From contig JAJDHD010000024.1 of assembly GCA_030266015.1 (NCBI GenBank), positions 1 through 36,990 of the forward strand: a stretch of 36,990 nucleotides of DNA. The letters run 5' to 3'. The DNA is from Christensenellaceae bacterium OttesenSCG-928-K19 (lineage in GTDB: Bacteria > Bacillota > Clostridia > Christensenellales > Christensenellaceae). The notes below the pieces were generated by a model, which was given only the letters and a program-made list of their open reading frames with translations, made no database searches and was not told the origin of the DNA. The position numbers and the translations under genes were made by a program. Shown here piece by piece: positions 9,790 through 19,363 of the stretch. The number at the start of each line of letters is the position of its first letter. Within the stretch, counting starts at the first letter, position 1.

Positions 9790-10110
9790 ATGGTATGCCC
9801 CGGCTGCAAAAAACCGCTTACAAAAAGTCAATTGCTTAAATCCAATATACGGGGCCTGGAGCGCGTCGATATTATCTATGATCTTCTGTGTCCATTTTGC
9901 AACAAAACCATAGGTCACACCTCCTGGGGACGCATGGTCTTTTTGGGAGGGACACAACCTGCACATGTGCAGCATAGCAAAGATCAACCATCTGCGTTTT
10001 TTGACAGCTCCGTGTTCTTTTCCACCGCTGCCACCCCTCTTTCCCATCCGCATCCCAATGAATCTCCACCCGGCGAACCGCTAGGCCAACGCCCCCCTCC
10101 GGCATCCTGA
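9790..10110 (+). CDS. Hypothetical small protein with an N-terminal CxxC...CxxC zinc-ribbon and a Pro/Ser-rich C-terminal tail
   Basis: GGAGGTGA RBS 6 nt upstream of the ATG at 9790. MVCPGCKKPLTKS...LCPFCNKTIGH. The in-frame ATG at 9736 given by the ORF track has no RBS. Confidence 0.4.
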   Translation: MVCPGCKKPLTKSQLLKSNIRGLERVDIIYDLLCPFCNKTIGHTSWGRMVFLGGTQPAHVQHSKDQPSAFFDSSVFFSTAATPLSHPHPNESPPGEPLGQRPPPAS

Positions 10111-10471
10111 AACTCACAAAGCCAAGAGCATTGACACCATTATTCTGCAGTAAAATATCTTCCCCCTTAGATTTTTTTCATACCCGTCAACACACGCTAA
10201 ACCACACAACGAAAATGAAATACTAACACTATCTGGAAAACATTCTCTTTGCCCAAAGGACGTCACGAGTGATTGTTTTTTAAACTTCTTCACGTAATCC
10301 CTGGATATATCCATCAAAGCAAAGCCAGGTTGTTGTGAAAACCCCGACTATATGCAAATTATTTTATTTCTCTCTGCGGCATTATTTCACCCGCGCCAAT
10401 TTCACCAAATTACCTTCTAAGCCCATTGCCATTTCCCTTGTTTCCCCCATGATATCAAGATAGAAAAGATA

Positions 10472-10500
10472 TTGATTTTGAAAATGTAGTATGATAATAT
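10472..10500 (+). promoter_or_regulatory. Sigma-A-type promoter for tRNA-Thr (TTGATT -17- TAATAT, with TGn extended -10)
   Basis: Hexamers and 17-nt spacing read directly. Predicted TSS about 12-14 nt upstream of the tRNA 5' end. Confidence 0.5.
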
Positions 10501-10519
10501 AAGAAAGCAAGTTTTATAT

Positions 10520-10595
10520 GCTAACGTGGCACAGATGGTAGCGCAGCTGATTCGTAATCAGCAGGTCGGGGGTTCGAGTCCCCCCGTTAGCTCCA
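10520..10595 (+). tRNA. tRNA-Thr (anticodon CGU), 76 nt, CCA encoded
   Basis: Manual cloverleaf: perfect 7-bp acceptor GCTAACG/CGTTAGC, D-loop with A14 G18 G19 A21, anticodon stem GCTGA/TCAGC with loop TTCGTAA, T-arm GGGGG-TTCGAGT-CCCCC, discriminator T then CCA. Confidence 0.85.
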
Positions 10596-10620
10596 GCGGG
10601 GAAGTCCCCGTAAACAAGTT

Positions 10621-10654
10621 CGCGCATCTACTATGATGCGCGTTTTTGTTTTGG
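10621..10654 (+). terminator. Rho-independent terminator after tRNA-Thr
   Basis: CGCGCATC-tactat-GATGCGCG followed by TTTTTGTTTTGG. Confidence 0.7.
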
Positions 10655-10760
10655 TGCCCACGTCCAGTTGCAATCATCTCACCACTCATCTTATGGCTTC
10701 ACAAATTCTTGTTTTTACAAAAGCTATCGGTATACTACAGGTCTTACCCCTCCGCATTTG

Positions 10761-10789
10761 TTGACACACAAGATTTATGTTGATAGAAT
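10761..10789 (+). promoter_or_regulatory. Near-consensus sigma-A promoter (TTGACA -17- TAGAAT, extended TGn) for the small membrane protein / lgt unit
   Basis: Read directly, about 30 nt upstream of the start codon at 10819. Confidence 0.55.
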
Positions 10790-10818
10790 GAAAAGAACGT
10801 ATAACAGGAGGCTCAAAC

Positions 10819-11133
10819 ATGGATTCCAGATATATATCGATTGTCGCGCTTGCCTTAGGGGCGGTCAGCCTGATCCTTGCATTTGCATTGTTTTATTCCC
10901 CTCTTGCTCCGCTCATTATCGGCATTGTAGGCATTGTGCTGGGACATGTTGCCAATAAAATCGAAAAGAATCCCATCGCCACAACTGGCTTTATCCTATC
11001 CATCGTTGCCGTTGTCCTCAGTGCGATTTTCCTTTTTGTCACAATTCTGTTTGTTTCCTGTGCAAGCGAAGCCGCACTTGCGGAAATTTCGACAAATGGT
11101 ACTATCGCCGACCTGTTCAAGGGACTGAAATAA
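10819..11133 (+). CDS. Small integral membrane protein (three predicted TM helices), hypothetical
   Basis: AGGAGG RBS. Strongly hydrophobic segments IVALALGAVSLILAFALF, LIIGIVGIVLGHV, GFILSIVAVVLSAIFLFVTILFV. Confidence 0.6.
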   Translation: MDSRYISIVALALGAVSLILAFALFYSPLAPLIIGIVGIVLGHVANKIEKNPIATTGFILSIVAVVLSAIFLFVTILFVSCASEAALAEISTNGTIADLFKGLK

Positions 11134-11164
11134 CCGGTAACCATCGTTTTTCACAGGAGAATCT

Positions 11165-11953
11165 ATGCATCCATTTTTCACAATCTTGGGGACGCAAATC
11201 CCCGCCTATGGCACAATGCTGCTCCTTGCTTATTTCGCGGCATTAATCGTTGCGATTTTGCGTCATAAAACAAACGGGATGTCGCCCCTCGACGTCTTTG
11301 TCGCCATGATCCTTGCCGGAGCGGGCGCTTTTTTGGGCGGCAAACTTTTTGCGGTTATCCAAGGGCTTCCCCTTTTTTTCGAGTTGCAGGCAACCACAGG
11401 CTTAACCTTTTATAAATATTTCACAAGTCAGGCAGGTATGGTGTTTTACGGCGGCTTTATCGGCTGCATCCTGTTTATATTGCTGTTTTGCGTCATCTAT
11501 AAAATCCCTGCGTGGAAAGTGCTCGACACGCTGCTCCCCTCTTTGCCGCTCGCACAGGCCATCGGGCGCGTGGGCTGTTTCCTCGCTGGATGCTGCTATG
11601 GCATCCCCTGTGAGCACGGTGTCTACTTTACCAATTCCATTGTGGCATATATCCCAAAAGACATCCCCTTGTTGCCTGTGCAGCTAATTGAGGCGGCATG
11701 TGTGCTCGGATTATTTATCGTTATGGTTTACTATGGTAAAAAAGCCCGCAAACCAGGAAAAGTTCTCAGCCTCTATTTGCTTGGTTACGGTGTTATCCGG
11801 TTTGTGTTGGAGTTTTTCCGTTACGACGCAATACGAGGTGTATATGGCGGGCTTTCCACGTCACAATGGATCAGCATTCTATTAATTGCCCTTGGCGTTT
11901 ATTTTATCAGGTTTTACAAGCCGAAAGAAAAAAGCCCCCGCATTACACGCTAG
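11165..11953 (+). CDS. lgt: Prolipoprotein diacylglyceryl transferase Lgt
   Basis: Lgt signature GRVGCFLAGCCYG, multiple TM helices, AGGAGA RBS. Confidence 0.9.
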   Translation: MHPFFTILGTQIPAYGTMLLLAYFAALIVAILRHKTNGMSPLDVFVAMILAGAGAFLGGKLFAVIQGLPLFFELQATTGLTFYKYFTSQAGMVFYGGFIGCILFILLFCVIYKIPAWKVLDTLLPSLPLAQAIGRVGCFLAGCCYGIPCEHGVYFTNSIVAYIPKDIPLLPVQLIEAACVLGLFIVMVYYGKKARKPGKVLSLYLLGYGVIRFVLEFFRYDAIRGVYGGLSTSQWISILLIALGVYFIRFYKPKEKSPRITR

Positions 11954-12000
11954 GGCGTTGCATATCTATAGCAGAGCTTCTTGTCACTATCATTGAACAT

Positions 12001-13119
12001 TCATCGTTCTTTTCGAAAATATTGATAATAGGTACATTTTAGATTGCCGTTGTACAATTTTCGCCGCTTATCCGCTTTTTTGCCATATTGCTTTTCAAAG
12101 CCATCACTGGAGCAAATAATAAAGATCACCGTATCCTGCAGCTTCCCAAACACCCTGCCCAAATCCTTGTATAGCTTTTCGACTTGTTTTTCTTCACCCA
12201 TACGGACGGCATAAGGAGGATTTGTTATAATCGCCGCGGGGTTTGGCGGCTGCGAAAACCACACCGCGTCGCGCACCGAGAAGTCGATCCACTCGCCAAC
12301 ATCCATATTGTACGCATGTTCTTTTGCCAGGCGAATGCTCTTGGCGTCAATGTCACTGCCATAAATACGCATCTGCGGCTTTTTCACCCTGCTTTTCGCG
12401 TCTTCACGCGCCTCTTTAAAGGCACTATGGAACGCATTTGAATAGCTTTGCGCATCAAACCGTCGCTTGATACCCGGAGCCATGTCCGCCGCCTGCATTG
12501 CTGCTTCAATCGCAATCGTACCGCTGCCACACATCGGGTCATAAAACTCGCGGGAATGCCAACGTGCGATTCCAAGCAGTGCTGCCGCCAGCGTTTCCTT
12601 CAGCGGCGCCTGCACATTTTTCAGGCGGTATCCCCGCCGGTTCAGCCCCGCCCCACTTGTGTTGAGCGCCACTGTAACCTTGTTTTTATAGAGATTTACA
12701 AATAAGTGGAATACATTTCCATCTTCAGCAAAGCGTTCTTTTTTATATACCCGTTGCAAGGAGCGCACCACCGCTTTTTTCGCTATGGATTGCACGTCCG
12801 AAACACTCATCAACTCGGATTGCACCGCATTGGCATCCACCGGGAAGCGCGCGTCCGACGGTAAAAAATCCGCAAATGGAATTGATTTTATCTCTTCAAA
12901 CAGTTGGTCAAAGGTTAGTGCCTCAAATTCTTTTAGCACCATGTAAACCCTGTCCGCCGTGCGCAGAAAGACATTTGCATACGCAATTCCTTGCTCATCA
13001 GCATCAAAATAAACACGAGCGTCCTGCGCCGCTACATTCTGGAATTCCATCTTTTTTAATTCTGCCGCCAACACACCCTCTATGCCAAATGCACATGACG
13101 CATAACACCTGTACTTCAT
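12001..13119 (-). CDS. THUMP-domain class I SAM-dependent RNA (guanine-N2) methyltransferase (RlmL/YpsC-like)
   Basis: N-terminal THUMP region, SAM motif DPMCGSGTIAIEAA, NPPY motif (IITNPPYAVRMGE). Confidence 0.85.
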   Translation of the reverse strand: MKYRCYASCAFGIEGVLAAELKKMEFQNVAAQDARVYFDADEQGIAYANVFLRTADRVYMVLKEFEALTFDQLFEEIKSIPFADFLPSDARFPVDANAVQSELMSVSDVQSIAKKAVVRSLQRVYKKERFAEDGNVFHLFVNLYKNKVTVALNTSGAGLNRRGYRLKNVQAPLKETLAAALLGIARWHSREFYDPMCGSGTIAIEAAMQAADMAPGIKRRFDAQSYSNAFHSAFKEAREDAKSRVKKPQMRIYGSDIDAKSIRLAKEHAYNMDVGEWIDFSVRDAVWFSQPPNPAAIITNPPYAVRMGEEKQVEKLYKDLGRVFGKLQDTVIFIICSSDGFEKQYGKKADKRRKLYNGNLKCTYYQYFRKER

Positions 13120-13157
13120 ACCACACTACACTTCCCGCCTTTGCCCAGCATTACTGC

Positions 13158-13841
13158 TTAAGCCTGGCTCGCCCCTAGCTGATTCATCACAAGCCCGTTG
13201 ATACTGAGCTTAAATGTGCACCCCAAAAACGCCGCGCTATCCTCGCACATGCGCATACGGCTGAAATAAATCTCCATAAACTCCATGGGCGTCGCATATT
13301 CTTTCATGTGCATTTCCCACATAATTTCTTTTTTATCTTTATCCACTCGCACATGCGTTTCATATATAGAAAGATTTACACGGTCGTGGATATCCTCCAG
13401 CGAATAGCTGTCCTGCCGCACTCGCGCTTTGTAAGCATCCACCTTGTCCGCGATAATAAGCGCTGCCGAAATGTCGCTGACCGGGCGCCCAATCTCCTCA
13501 TCATGCGAACCAACAGCAGCACAGATATCGCATACATCTTCAAAATCCATGCCCAGCCCCTGCAGTTCCTGAAACAATATGGCCGCGCCCGAAATCGAAT
13601 GATACTTCCGATTGAACAAATTGCCCACATCGTGCACCCAGCCCGCTATTTTTGCCAGCTCCACCCGGTCATCCGGGTATCCCAGCCCGTTTAAAACCCT
13701 ACCGGCAATCTTGGCAATATACTGCACATGGCGAATGCCGTGCTCCGTATAACCAATAATCCCAAGATTTTCATTTGCCTTGTTCACCAAATACATTATT
13801 TTTTCATTTTTTTTAATTTCTTCAAATGTTATTTTTGCCAT
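13158..13841 (-). CDS. HD-domain phosphohydrolase
   Basis: H...HD metal-binding motif (GIRHVQ...GWVHDVGN), size ~227 aa. Confidence 0.75.
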   Translation of the reverse strand: MAKITFEEIKKNEKIMYLVNKANENLGIIGYTEHGIRHVQYIAKIAGRVLNGLGYPDDRVELAKIAGWVHDVGNLFNRKYHSISGAAILFQELQGLGMDFEDVCDICAAVGSHDEEIGRPVSDISAALIIADKVDAYKARVRQDSYSLEDIHDRVNLSIYETHVRVDKDKKEIMWEMHMKEYATPMEFMEIYFSRMRMCEDSAAFLGCTFKLSINGLVMNQLGASQA

Positions 13842-13868
13842 GCCCGTTGCATTCCCCTATCCGTTCCG

Positions 13869-15569
13869 TTACTGTTCCACATCACTTTTTTCCGGTATCT
13901 GCTTCAGCTTTTCCACAAACCCGGCCGCCACCTGCTCATCCGCGCCAAAACGGCGGCTCACATCCCCAAGGTCTTCATCCACCCCGCTGTGCACCAGCGC
14001 AAGGTACAAGATTGCCGCCGCCAGCTCCTTTATGTGCTCCAGCATTTCCTCTGACGCACCATCGTCTATGTATTTTTGAATCACATTGAGCGTGTTTTTC
14101 ATGACGCTCTCCGGATATGTCTGCTCTATAATATCGCTTAAGATACGAAACAGCTTTGTATAGTCCTCCGACAGGTCCTTGCCGTCAATCCCATAGGTGC
14201 CCACCTTCACTTCCACAACCTCGTCCCCAATATACGCCACATACGGTTCCTTTGCATTCATTCTTTTGAGTAGAATAAAGATATCATTTTTCACGTCGTC
14301 CGGCTGGTTTTTTTTCATGATAAACGTGCGCAAAATCTTTTCGGCCTTTGCGTCCGCAAACCCGGCAATCATCCCCGCAATGGCACGCTTTATGTTGTCG
14401 TCACCATATTCCAACCCCCAGAGCGTGGTATGCAAAAACTCCTCATCTTCTTTCCATTTCGCGGAAAATTCAGAGTCTTTCAGCTTTAGGCAATCGTTCA
14501 GGTATTTTATCTTTGCGCGCGCCGCTTCCGCCGGTACTTGATAAACATACCCTATTTCCTCAAAATCCTCAGGGTTCAGAATCACTCGGTTCACCATTTT
14601 GATATAATAATCCGCGATAACGCCCGGATAATCCAGCTTTTTCACATCCGCCAAAAGGGAGAGTGCCTCTTTGAACTTCTTTGTATTAAACAACGCCGCC
14701 GAAAGATAGAACAACACTTTCTCATCATACGGCGTCATATCTGCAAGGCTGCGCAGGCGGATGACCGCGTCCTCATGGCGCTTTAGCTCACAAAGGGAAA
14801 TCGCCAGCTTATAGATATCCTCCAGTGCGGCCGGCGCAAGTTGCATCGCTTTTTCTATAAAAATATCTGATTCCGCCTTCCGTCCCTTGTCGTAAAGGAA
14901 TACCGCCATATTACAGTTGGCATGAATATTATTTTTGTTTTTTGCCAGCACTTCACTGGTGATTTCAATCGCCCTATCAACTTCTTTTTTGCAATAATGG
15001 GCAAGCGCAAGATTATTCCTTGCATAAGCCATTTCATCGTCGCTCTCTTCTATGCTTTCCAGCACCTCAATCGCCGCATCATACTCCGCATTGTCAAGCA
15101 GCCGCTTTCCTTCATTCGCTTTCGCGTAGGCTTCGTCATCGTCCATCTCTTCCATGAGCTCCTGCATATCTCCCGCTTCTGCGTCAAAGTAAAGCAGGAA
15201 ATCCTCTACCTCATCGCGGTACTCTCCATCCGGATCCACCTGCAAATACCGTTCAAAGCTTTCCCGCGCTTTGTCAATATCATTTAGCCCCATAAAATTA
15301 CATCCCAGGCAAAAGAAACAATCCGCATCCACATTTTCCTGTTGCTCCATCGCCTCAAACAAGACACGGTTTGATTCTTCATACTTTCCCAGCTCTGTCA
15401 ATATCTCCGCAAGGCACAACGAAAACTCATAATCGCCGGGGGATTTCTCCAGCGCCTTACGCATCACAGGTAGGGCATTAATATAATTGCCGTCGTCCAT
15501 CAGGCGTTGCGCCCTTTTATAATAAAAATCCGCAGGTTGCTCAAAAGCAAGTATGTTGTTCTCTTTCAT
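13869..15569 (-). CDS. Tetratricopeptide-repeat protein (566 aa)
   Basis: Repeated TPR-like A/L/Y-rich 34-mers across the N-terminal 330 residues. ATGA overlap with the hslO stop. Confidence 0.75.
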   Translation of the reverse strand: MKENNILAFEQPADFYYKRAQRLMDDGNYINALPVMRKALEKSPGDYEFSLCLAEILTELGKYEESNRVLFEAMEQQENVDADCFFCLGCNFMGLNDIDKARESFERYLQVDPDGEYRDEVEDFLLYFDAEAGDMQELMEEMDDDEAYAKANEGKRLLDNAEYDAAIEVLESIEESDDEMAYARNNLALAHYCKKEVDRAIEITSEVLAKNKNNIHANCNMAVFLYDKGRKAESDIFIEKAMQLAPAALEDIYKLAISLCELKRHEDAVIRLRSLADMTPYDEKVLFYLSAALFNTKKFKEALSLLADVKKLDYPGVIADYYIKMVNRVILNPEDFEEIGYVYQVPAEAARAKIKYLNDCLKLKDSEFSAKWKEDEEFLHTTLWGLEYGDDNIKRAIAGMIAGFADAKAEKILRTFIMKKNQPDDVKNDIFILLKRMNAKEPYVAYIGDEVVEVKVGTYGIDGKDLSEDYTKLFRILSDIIEQTYPESVMKNTLNVIQKYIDDGASEEMLEHIKELAAAILYLALVHSGVDEDLGDVSRRFGADEQVAAGFVEKLKQIPEKSDVEQ

Positions 15570-16462
15570 GCATCTGTTCCTTCGCTTTGCCGCGCATAAC
15601 TGAGCAGCTTTCTCAGCTCATCGGCCGAAAATTCATAAACCTTATTGCAGAAATGGCAGGTAATCTGCGCGCCATTTTCTTTTTGTATCATATCTTCAAT
15701 CTCTTCCTCACCAAGGGATACCACCACTTCCTCCAAACGCTCCTTGCTGCAATCACACTCAAACGCCGGCTTTTGCTCATCTAAAATTTTCACTTCCATG
15801 CCATTAAAAATCTTCTTGATGATATCCGGTACGCTTTCCTGCATCAGGTAGACCGCATAATTGGTGATTTCCCTAATCCGGCTTTCAACATCCGCCAGTG
15901 TTTTTTCGCTACATCCCGGCATAGGCGTAATGATAAGCCCACCTGCGTTTAAAACCGACATATCCGTTTCCAGCCAAGTATTCACATACACAATGGAAGG
16001 CTGTTGCTCGGAGAGCAAAAAATATTGTGCGACATCCTCGCCAATCTCTCCCGTCACCACGCGTGTTTTGCCGATAAACGGCTCCTTTAAGCCCATATCC
16101 TTGATCACTGTCACAAAGCCTTTTTTCCCTACCGCGCCGCCGATGTCAAACCCGCCTTTTTCGGCGGGCGGCATATCCACATCCGGATTGGCAAGATACG
16201 CTTTTATTTTCAAATCCGCTCCACCCGTCGCAATCACAGTTCCCGCCGGGCCTCCCCCGTTAATCATTAACGTCAGCCTGTCCTGCTTGTTTTTCAGCGT
16301 AGAACACATCATTGTCGCTGCTGCCATCGTCCTGCCCAATATAATTGTTCCAATCGGAAGCGTATTGTGAACCTGCCGCGCATACTCCGCCATTGCAGAA
16401 ATATCGCACGCATATACGGCAGCTTCATTGTTCAGTAACGCTTTTACCAGAATATCGCTCAT
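15566..16462 (-). CDS. hslO: Redox-regulated chaperone Hsp33 (HslO)
   Basis: Hsp33 fold plus C-terminal zinc centre CDCS...CHFC. Confidence 0.9.
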   Translation of the reverse strand: MSDILVKALLNNEAAVYACDISAMAEYARQVHNTLPIGTIILGRTMAAATMMCSTLKNKQDRLTLMINGGGPAGTVIATGGADLKIKAYLANPDVDMPPAEKGGFDIGGAVGKKGFVTVIKDMGLKEPFIGKTRVVTGEIGEDVAQYFLLSEQQPSIVYVNTWLETDMSVLNAGGLIITPMPGCSEKTLADVESRIREITNYAVYLMQESVPDIIKKIFNGMEVKILDEQKPAFECDCSKERLEEVVVSLGEEEIEDMIQKENGAQITCHFCNKVYEFSADELRKLLSYARQSEGTDA

Positions 16463-17211
16463 GTTGTCTCCTTCTTTTTCGCCACAAATTGTATCCGTTC
16501 CACATCCGCGTCCGGTTTTTCCTCTGTTAAAAAACCGAATACGCCCATCACGTCAAACCCGCTTTTTATAAGTGCTGCTTCCAGCTCATCCATCATCCAT
16601 GCACGCTGCACATGCGTCTCTTCCAGCCTATGATAAACCTGCTCGTTTTTTATAAACAGTGTAATCTCCATTGTCACTCGTCTTCCAGCTTTATCGTAGC
16701 TGTTTTGCCAAAACACTGTCTGGGTGTCGCCATCGTCATAAAAAAACTCGTTACCCAAAAGAGTTTCCAGCTTGTATGCCGAACTGATATCAAACAAAAA
16801 TACTCCATGTGGTTTCAGGTTTTGCTGCACTCTCGCAAAAAAACTCTCCAGCTTTTTTTTATCCAGCAGGTAGTTCACACCATCGCACGCACATACCGCG
16901 GCGTCGGCAGCGTTCTCTAACCACACTTTCGCCATGTCGGCACACACGAATTGTGGATTATACGCTGCAGCCCGCAGCTTTGCCCGCGCCACATCCAGCA
17001 TCTCCGGGGAAACATCCGTGGCAACGAGGTCAAACCCTGCCTGTGCAAGCCCCAGCGTTATATTGCCCGTTCCGCAGGCATATTCCAGCACCTTGCCGTT
17101 TGGTACCCCATTTTTCTCCAATAACAATACTATATAATCTGCCCACTTCTTATAAGGCACATCATACATTAATTCGTCATATACCGATGCCAGCGCTTCG
17201 TATTGTTCCAT
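16459..17211 (-). CDS. Class I SAM-dependent methyltransferase
   Basis: Motif I LEYACGTGNITLGLA, acidic motif II DLVATDVS. First gene of a five-gene overlapping operon. Confidence 0.8.
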   Translation of the reverse strand: MEQYEALASVYDELMYDVPYKKWADYIVLLLEKNGVPNGKVLEYACGTGNITLGLAQAGFDLVATDVSPEMLDVARAKLRAAAYNPQFVCADMAKVWLENAADAAVCACDGVNYLLDKKKLESFFARVQQNLKPHGVFLFDISSAYKLETLLGNEFFYDDGDTQTVFWQNSYDKAGRRVTMEITLFIKNEQVYHRLEETHVQRAWMMDELEAALIKSGFDVMGVFGFLTEEKPDADVERIQFVAKKKETT

Positions 17212-17357
17212 TCCCTGCCCCTGCTATCTTTTGCCACCCTGTGCCGCCCATACATAGTACCATATTTCAAAGCGGAATTACAGACGGCACCAAAGAAATT
17301 CATGAGTTATTCAAATTTTGAAAGCACGTTAGCCGTCCATATCCTGTGCAAGGCAGG

Positions 17358-17391
17358 CTAAAAGGAAAACGGCAGGTTGATATCCCGCCGC
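17358..17391 (-). terminator. Probable rho-independent terminator for the LRR surface protein gene
   Basis: On minus-strand RNA: CGGCGGG-auaucaa-CCUGCCG (one GU pair) followed by UUUUCCUUUU. Confidence 0.4.
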
Positions 17392-17455
17392 TTTCCTTCT
17401 CTTAGTCCAGCCTCCGGAAAGCTACAGCTCTTTCCGAAGTGTAGGTTTCTTTTCG

Positions 17456-19363
17456 TTATTTCTTCCGCCTGCGTTCCATACGCGTTTTAGGTTGCTCGTT
17501 TTGCACGCGGCTTTCTTTGCCTTCCACTTTCGAACGTACAGGTTGCCGTTTCATATCCGCCGCCCCGCGCCTATATTCCCACGCAACAGCCATAGCACCC
17601 AGGCAAATTGTGATTACCAGAAGCCATTTCATCACGTCTGTATCGTCATCCGTTTGTGGCGATGTGGCACCAGAGCCAGTGCTGCTTCCTTCCACCGCAA
17701 ACCAAACCTGAATCGTATGGTTCTCCCGCACATTTTCAAAGGTATAGGATGTCCTTGTTCCCGAAATCGTATTTCCATCTACCGCAACCCCACTCACTTC
17801 ATAGCCCGCATTAGGAGTAAACGTAAAGATGTAATCCTCGCCTTCCTTAACCTTAATTTCTCCGCTTCCTGTGATCGACCCATTTTCGCCTGCTGTAGCT
17901 GTTATTACATAAGACTTCTGCTGCCATTGTGCATACAGTGTCACATCTGCCGTCATGGTAATCTGCACACCCGGCGCATAAGTCGTTCCCTCGCCATCCT
18001 CTTGCGTGCTCCAGTTCATGAACGTGGATCCGGGAATTGTCATCGTTCCCGGCTGCATCACCGTAGCCTGTTCATTTCTCAAATATTGCGTCGAGTCAGT
18101 CGGCAGTGTGCCTTCCATATCGCCATTCTTGTCATTCCCCACGTAGGTAATTTTAAACGACTCTTTTTCATAATTGATCTGCAGCGCCCCTGTAAACGAA
18201 AGCTTGCTCCCGCTGGGGTTATCCCATACAGACGCAAAATCAACCGTAGCTATGCCGGTATCCTGCGGCAGACTGGGCCAAACCATAAGCGGCGGATCCT
18301 GCGCGCTGTCATAGCTCGCACCAGATGGGCTCGGATTGGTAAGCGCGGCGTAATTGCCCGATGTATCCACAATCACATTTTCAAATTCAAACTTCTGTCC
18401 CGCGCCACGCGCTTTTACGTCCACCACTACCGATTGATTCTCTGCCGTAACCGTCATCGAATTTGTCGTCATAACAGCTTGCAGCGGTGCAAGCGAGCCC
18501 ACGCCGTTATTGCTCATGTCCAGCGTCTTCAGCTTTGTGAATGTGCTGAGAAAATCAATGCTTGTAATCTCATTTCCAGAAATATCCAGTGTTTCCACCG
18601 TTGTCGCATGAAGGTTTTGCGCCACTTCATCTGTGATCCCATTGTTTTTCAGCGAGAGTTCTTTCAAATATGGGAAATTTGATGCGTTAAGCACACCAAG
18701 ATTCGTGGAATTTGCGCCAAGTTTACAATTTTCAAGCGTCAATTCCACCAACGGCATATACGTCAAAGCGCCAATATTGCTGAGGTTACCCGTCGTAAAC
18801 TTTATCGTCGCCACCGCAGTTAGGTAGTTTGTCCCGCTTATGCCGTCAATCGGGATGGGGTCGCCATTCGAATCATCTGCATTGCTCAGCATAACACACT
18901 TGTCCAGATCGGTTGCTTCGGCGCTGTCATAATCCACGCCGTTTGCATTGTCCGGCGCTGAAATCCCTTGAGGGTTACCACCGCTATAAAGTCTTTTTAA
19001 CTCCTGGTTCACTGCCGCGCGGAACCCGCCCGTGCCAAACACATCATCCAACACGATGGAATAATTCGCCATAGTCGTCATGCCATCAGACTGTGCACCT
19101 ATTGTGGCAGTCGCTTCTTCCGTTGCCACACCAGTTGAATCAGCCTCCCCCTCAGCAGGTACATCCGCATCCGAAGTTTCAGCCGGGATCTCCGCTGACT
19201 CATCCTGCCCCACGGTGCCAACTGTTAAATCCGGGGATTCCGCCTCCTGCTGCGTGGTTTGCGCCATAGACTGCAACGGTATCAAAACAAGTAGCAGCAA
19301 AGCCACCGCCACCCAAACCATTTTCAATTTTTTACGCATCCGTCGAAATTTCATCCTGTCCAC
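17456..19363 (-). CDS. Cell-surface protein. Signal peptide, acidic low-complexity spacer, leucine-rich repeat domain, Listeria-Bacteroides (List_Bact) repeat and InlB-B-like repeat, and a C-terminal TM helix with a basic stop-transfer tail. No LPXTG.
   Basis: MKFRRMRKKLKMVWVAVALLLLVLIPLQSMA signal. LRR units (LKELSLKNNGITD, LDISGNEITSIDFL, LKTLDMSNNGVGSL). List_Bact repeat (FMNWSTQEDGEGTTYAPG...VTLYAQW). C-terminal WLLVITICLGAMAVAW then RRGAADMKRQ...RRRKK. Confidence 0.85.
   Translation of the reverse strand: MDRMKFRRMRKKLKMVWVAVALLLLVLIPLQSMAQTTQQEAESPDLTVGTVGQDESAEIPAETSDADVPAEGEADSTGVATEEATATIGAQSDGMTTMANYSIVLDDVFGTGGFRAAVNQELKRLYSGGNPQGISAPDNANGVDYDSAEATDLDKCVMLSNADDSNGDPIPIDGISGTNYLTAVATIKFTTGNLSNIGALTYMPLVELTLENCKLGANSTNLGVLNASNFPYLKELSLKNNGITDEVAQNLHATTVETLDISGNEITSIDFLSTFTKLKTLDMSNNGVGSLAPLQAVMTTNSMTVTAENQSVVVDVKARGAGQKFEFENVIVDTSGNYAALTNPSPSGASYDSAQDPPLMVWPSLPQDTGIATVDFASVWDNPSGSKLSFTGALQINYEKESFKITYVGNDKNGDMEGTLPTDSTQYLRNEQATVMQPGTMTIPGSTFMNWSTQEDGEGTTYAPGVQITMTADVTLYAQWQQKSYVITATAGENGSITGSGEIKVKEGEDYIFTFTPNAGYEVSGVAVDGNTISGTRTSYTFENVRENHTIQVWFAVEGSSTGSGATSPQTDDDTDVMKWLLVITICLGAMAVAWEYRRGAADMKRQPVRSKVEGKESRVQNEQPKTRMERRRKK

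Noticed and set aside
10111-10470. Possible riboswitch or sRNA in the 360-nt spacer upstream of the tRNA-Thr promoter
   Set aside because: No conserved riboswitch core motif, terminator or promoter pair could be recognised by eye. The 67-aa minus-strand ORF there has no RBS.
10520-10660. Integrative element at the tRNA-Thr 3' end
   Set aside because: No integrase, direct repeat of the tRNA 3' end, or phage-like genes follow the tRNA. The downstream genes are the housekeeping lgt and a small membrane protein.
17492-18682. 396-aa plus-strand ORF, Arg/Cys/His-rich
   Set aside because: Antisense shadow of the well-supported LRR surface protein gene, with non-protein-like composition and no RBS.
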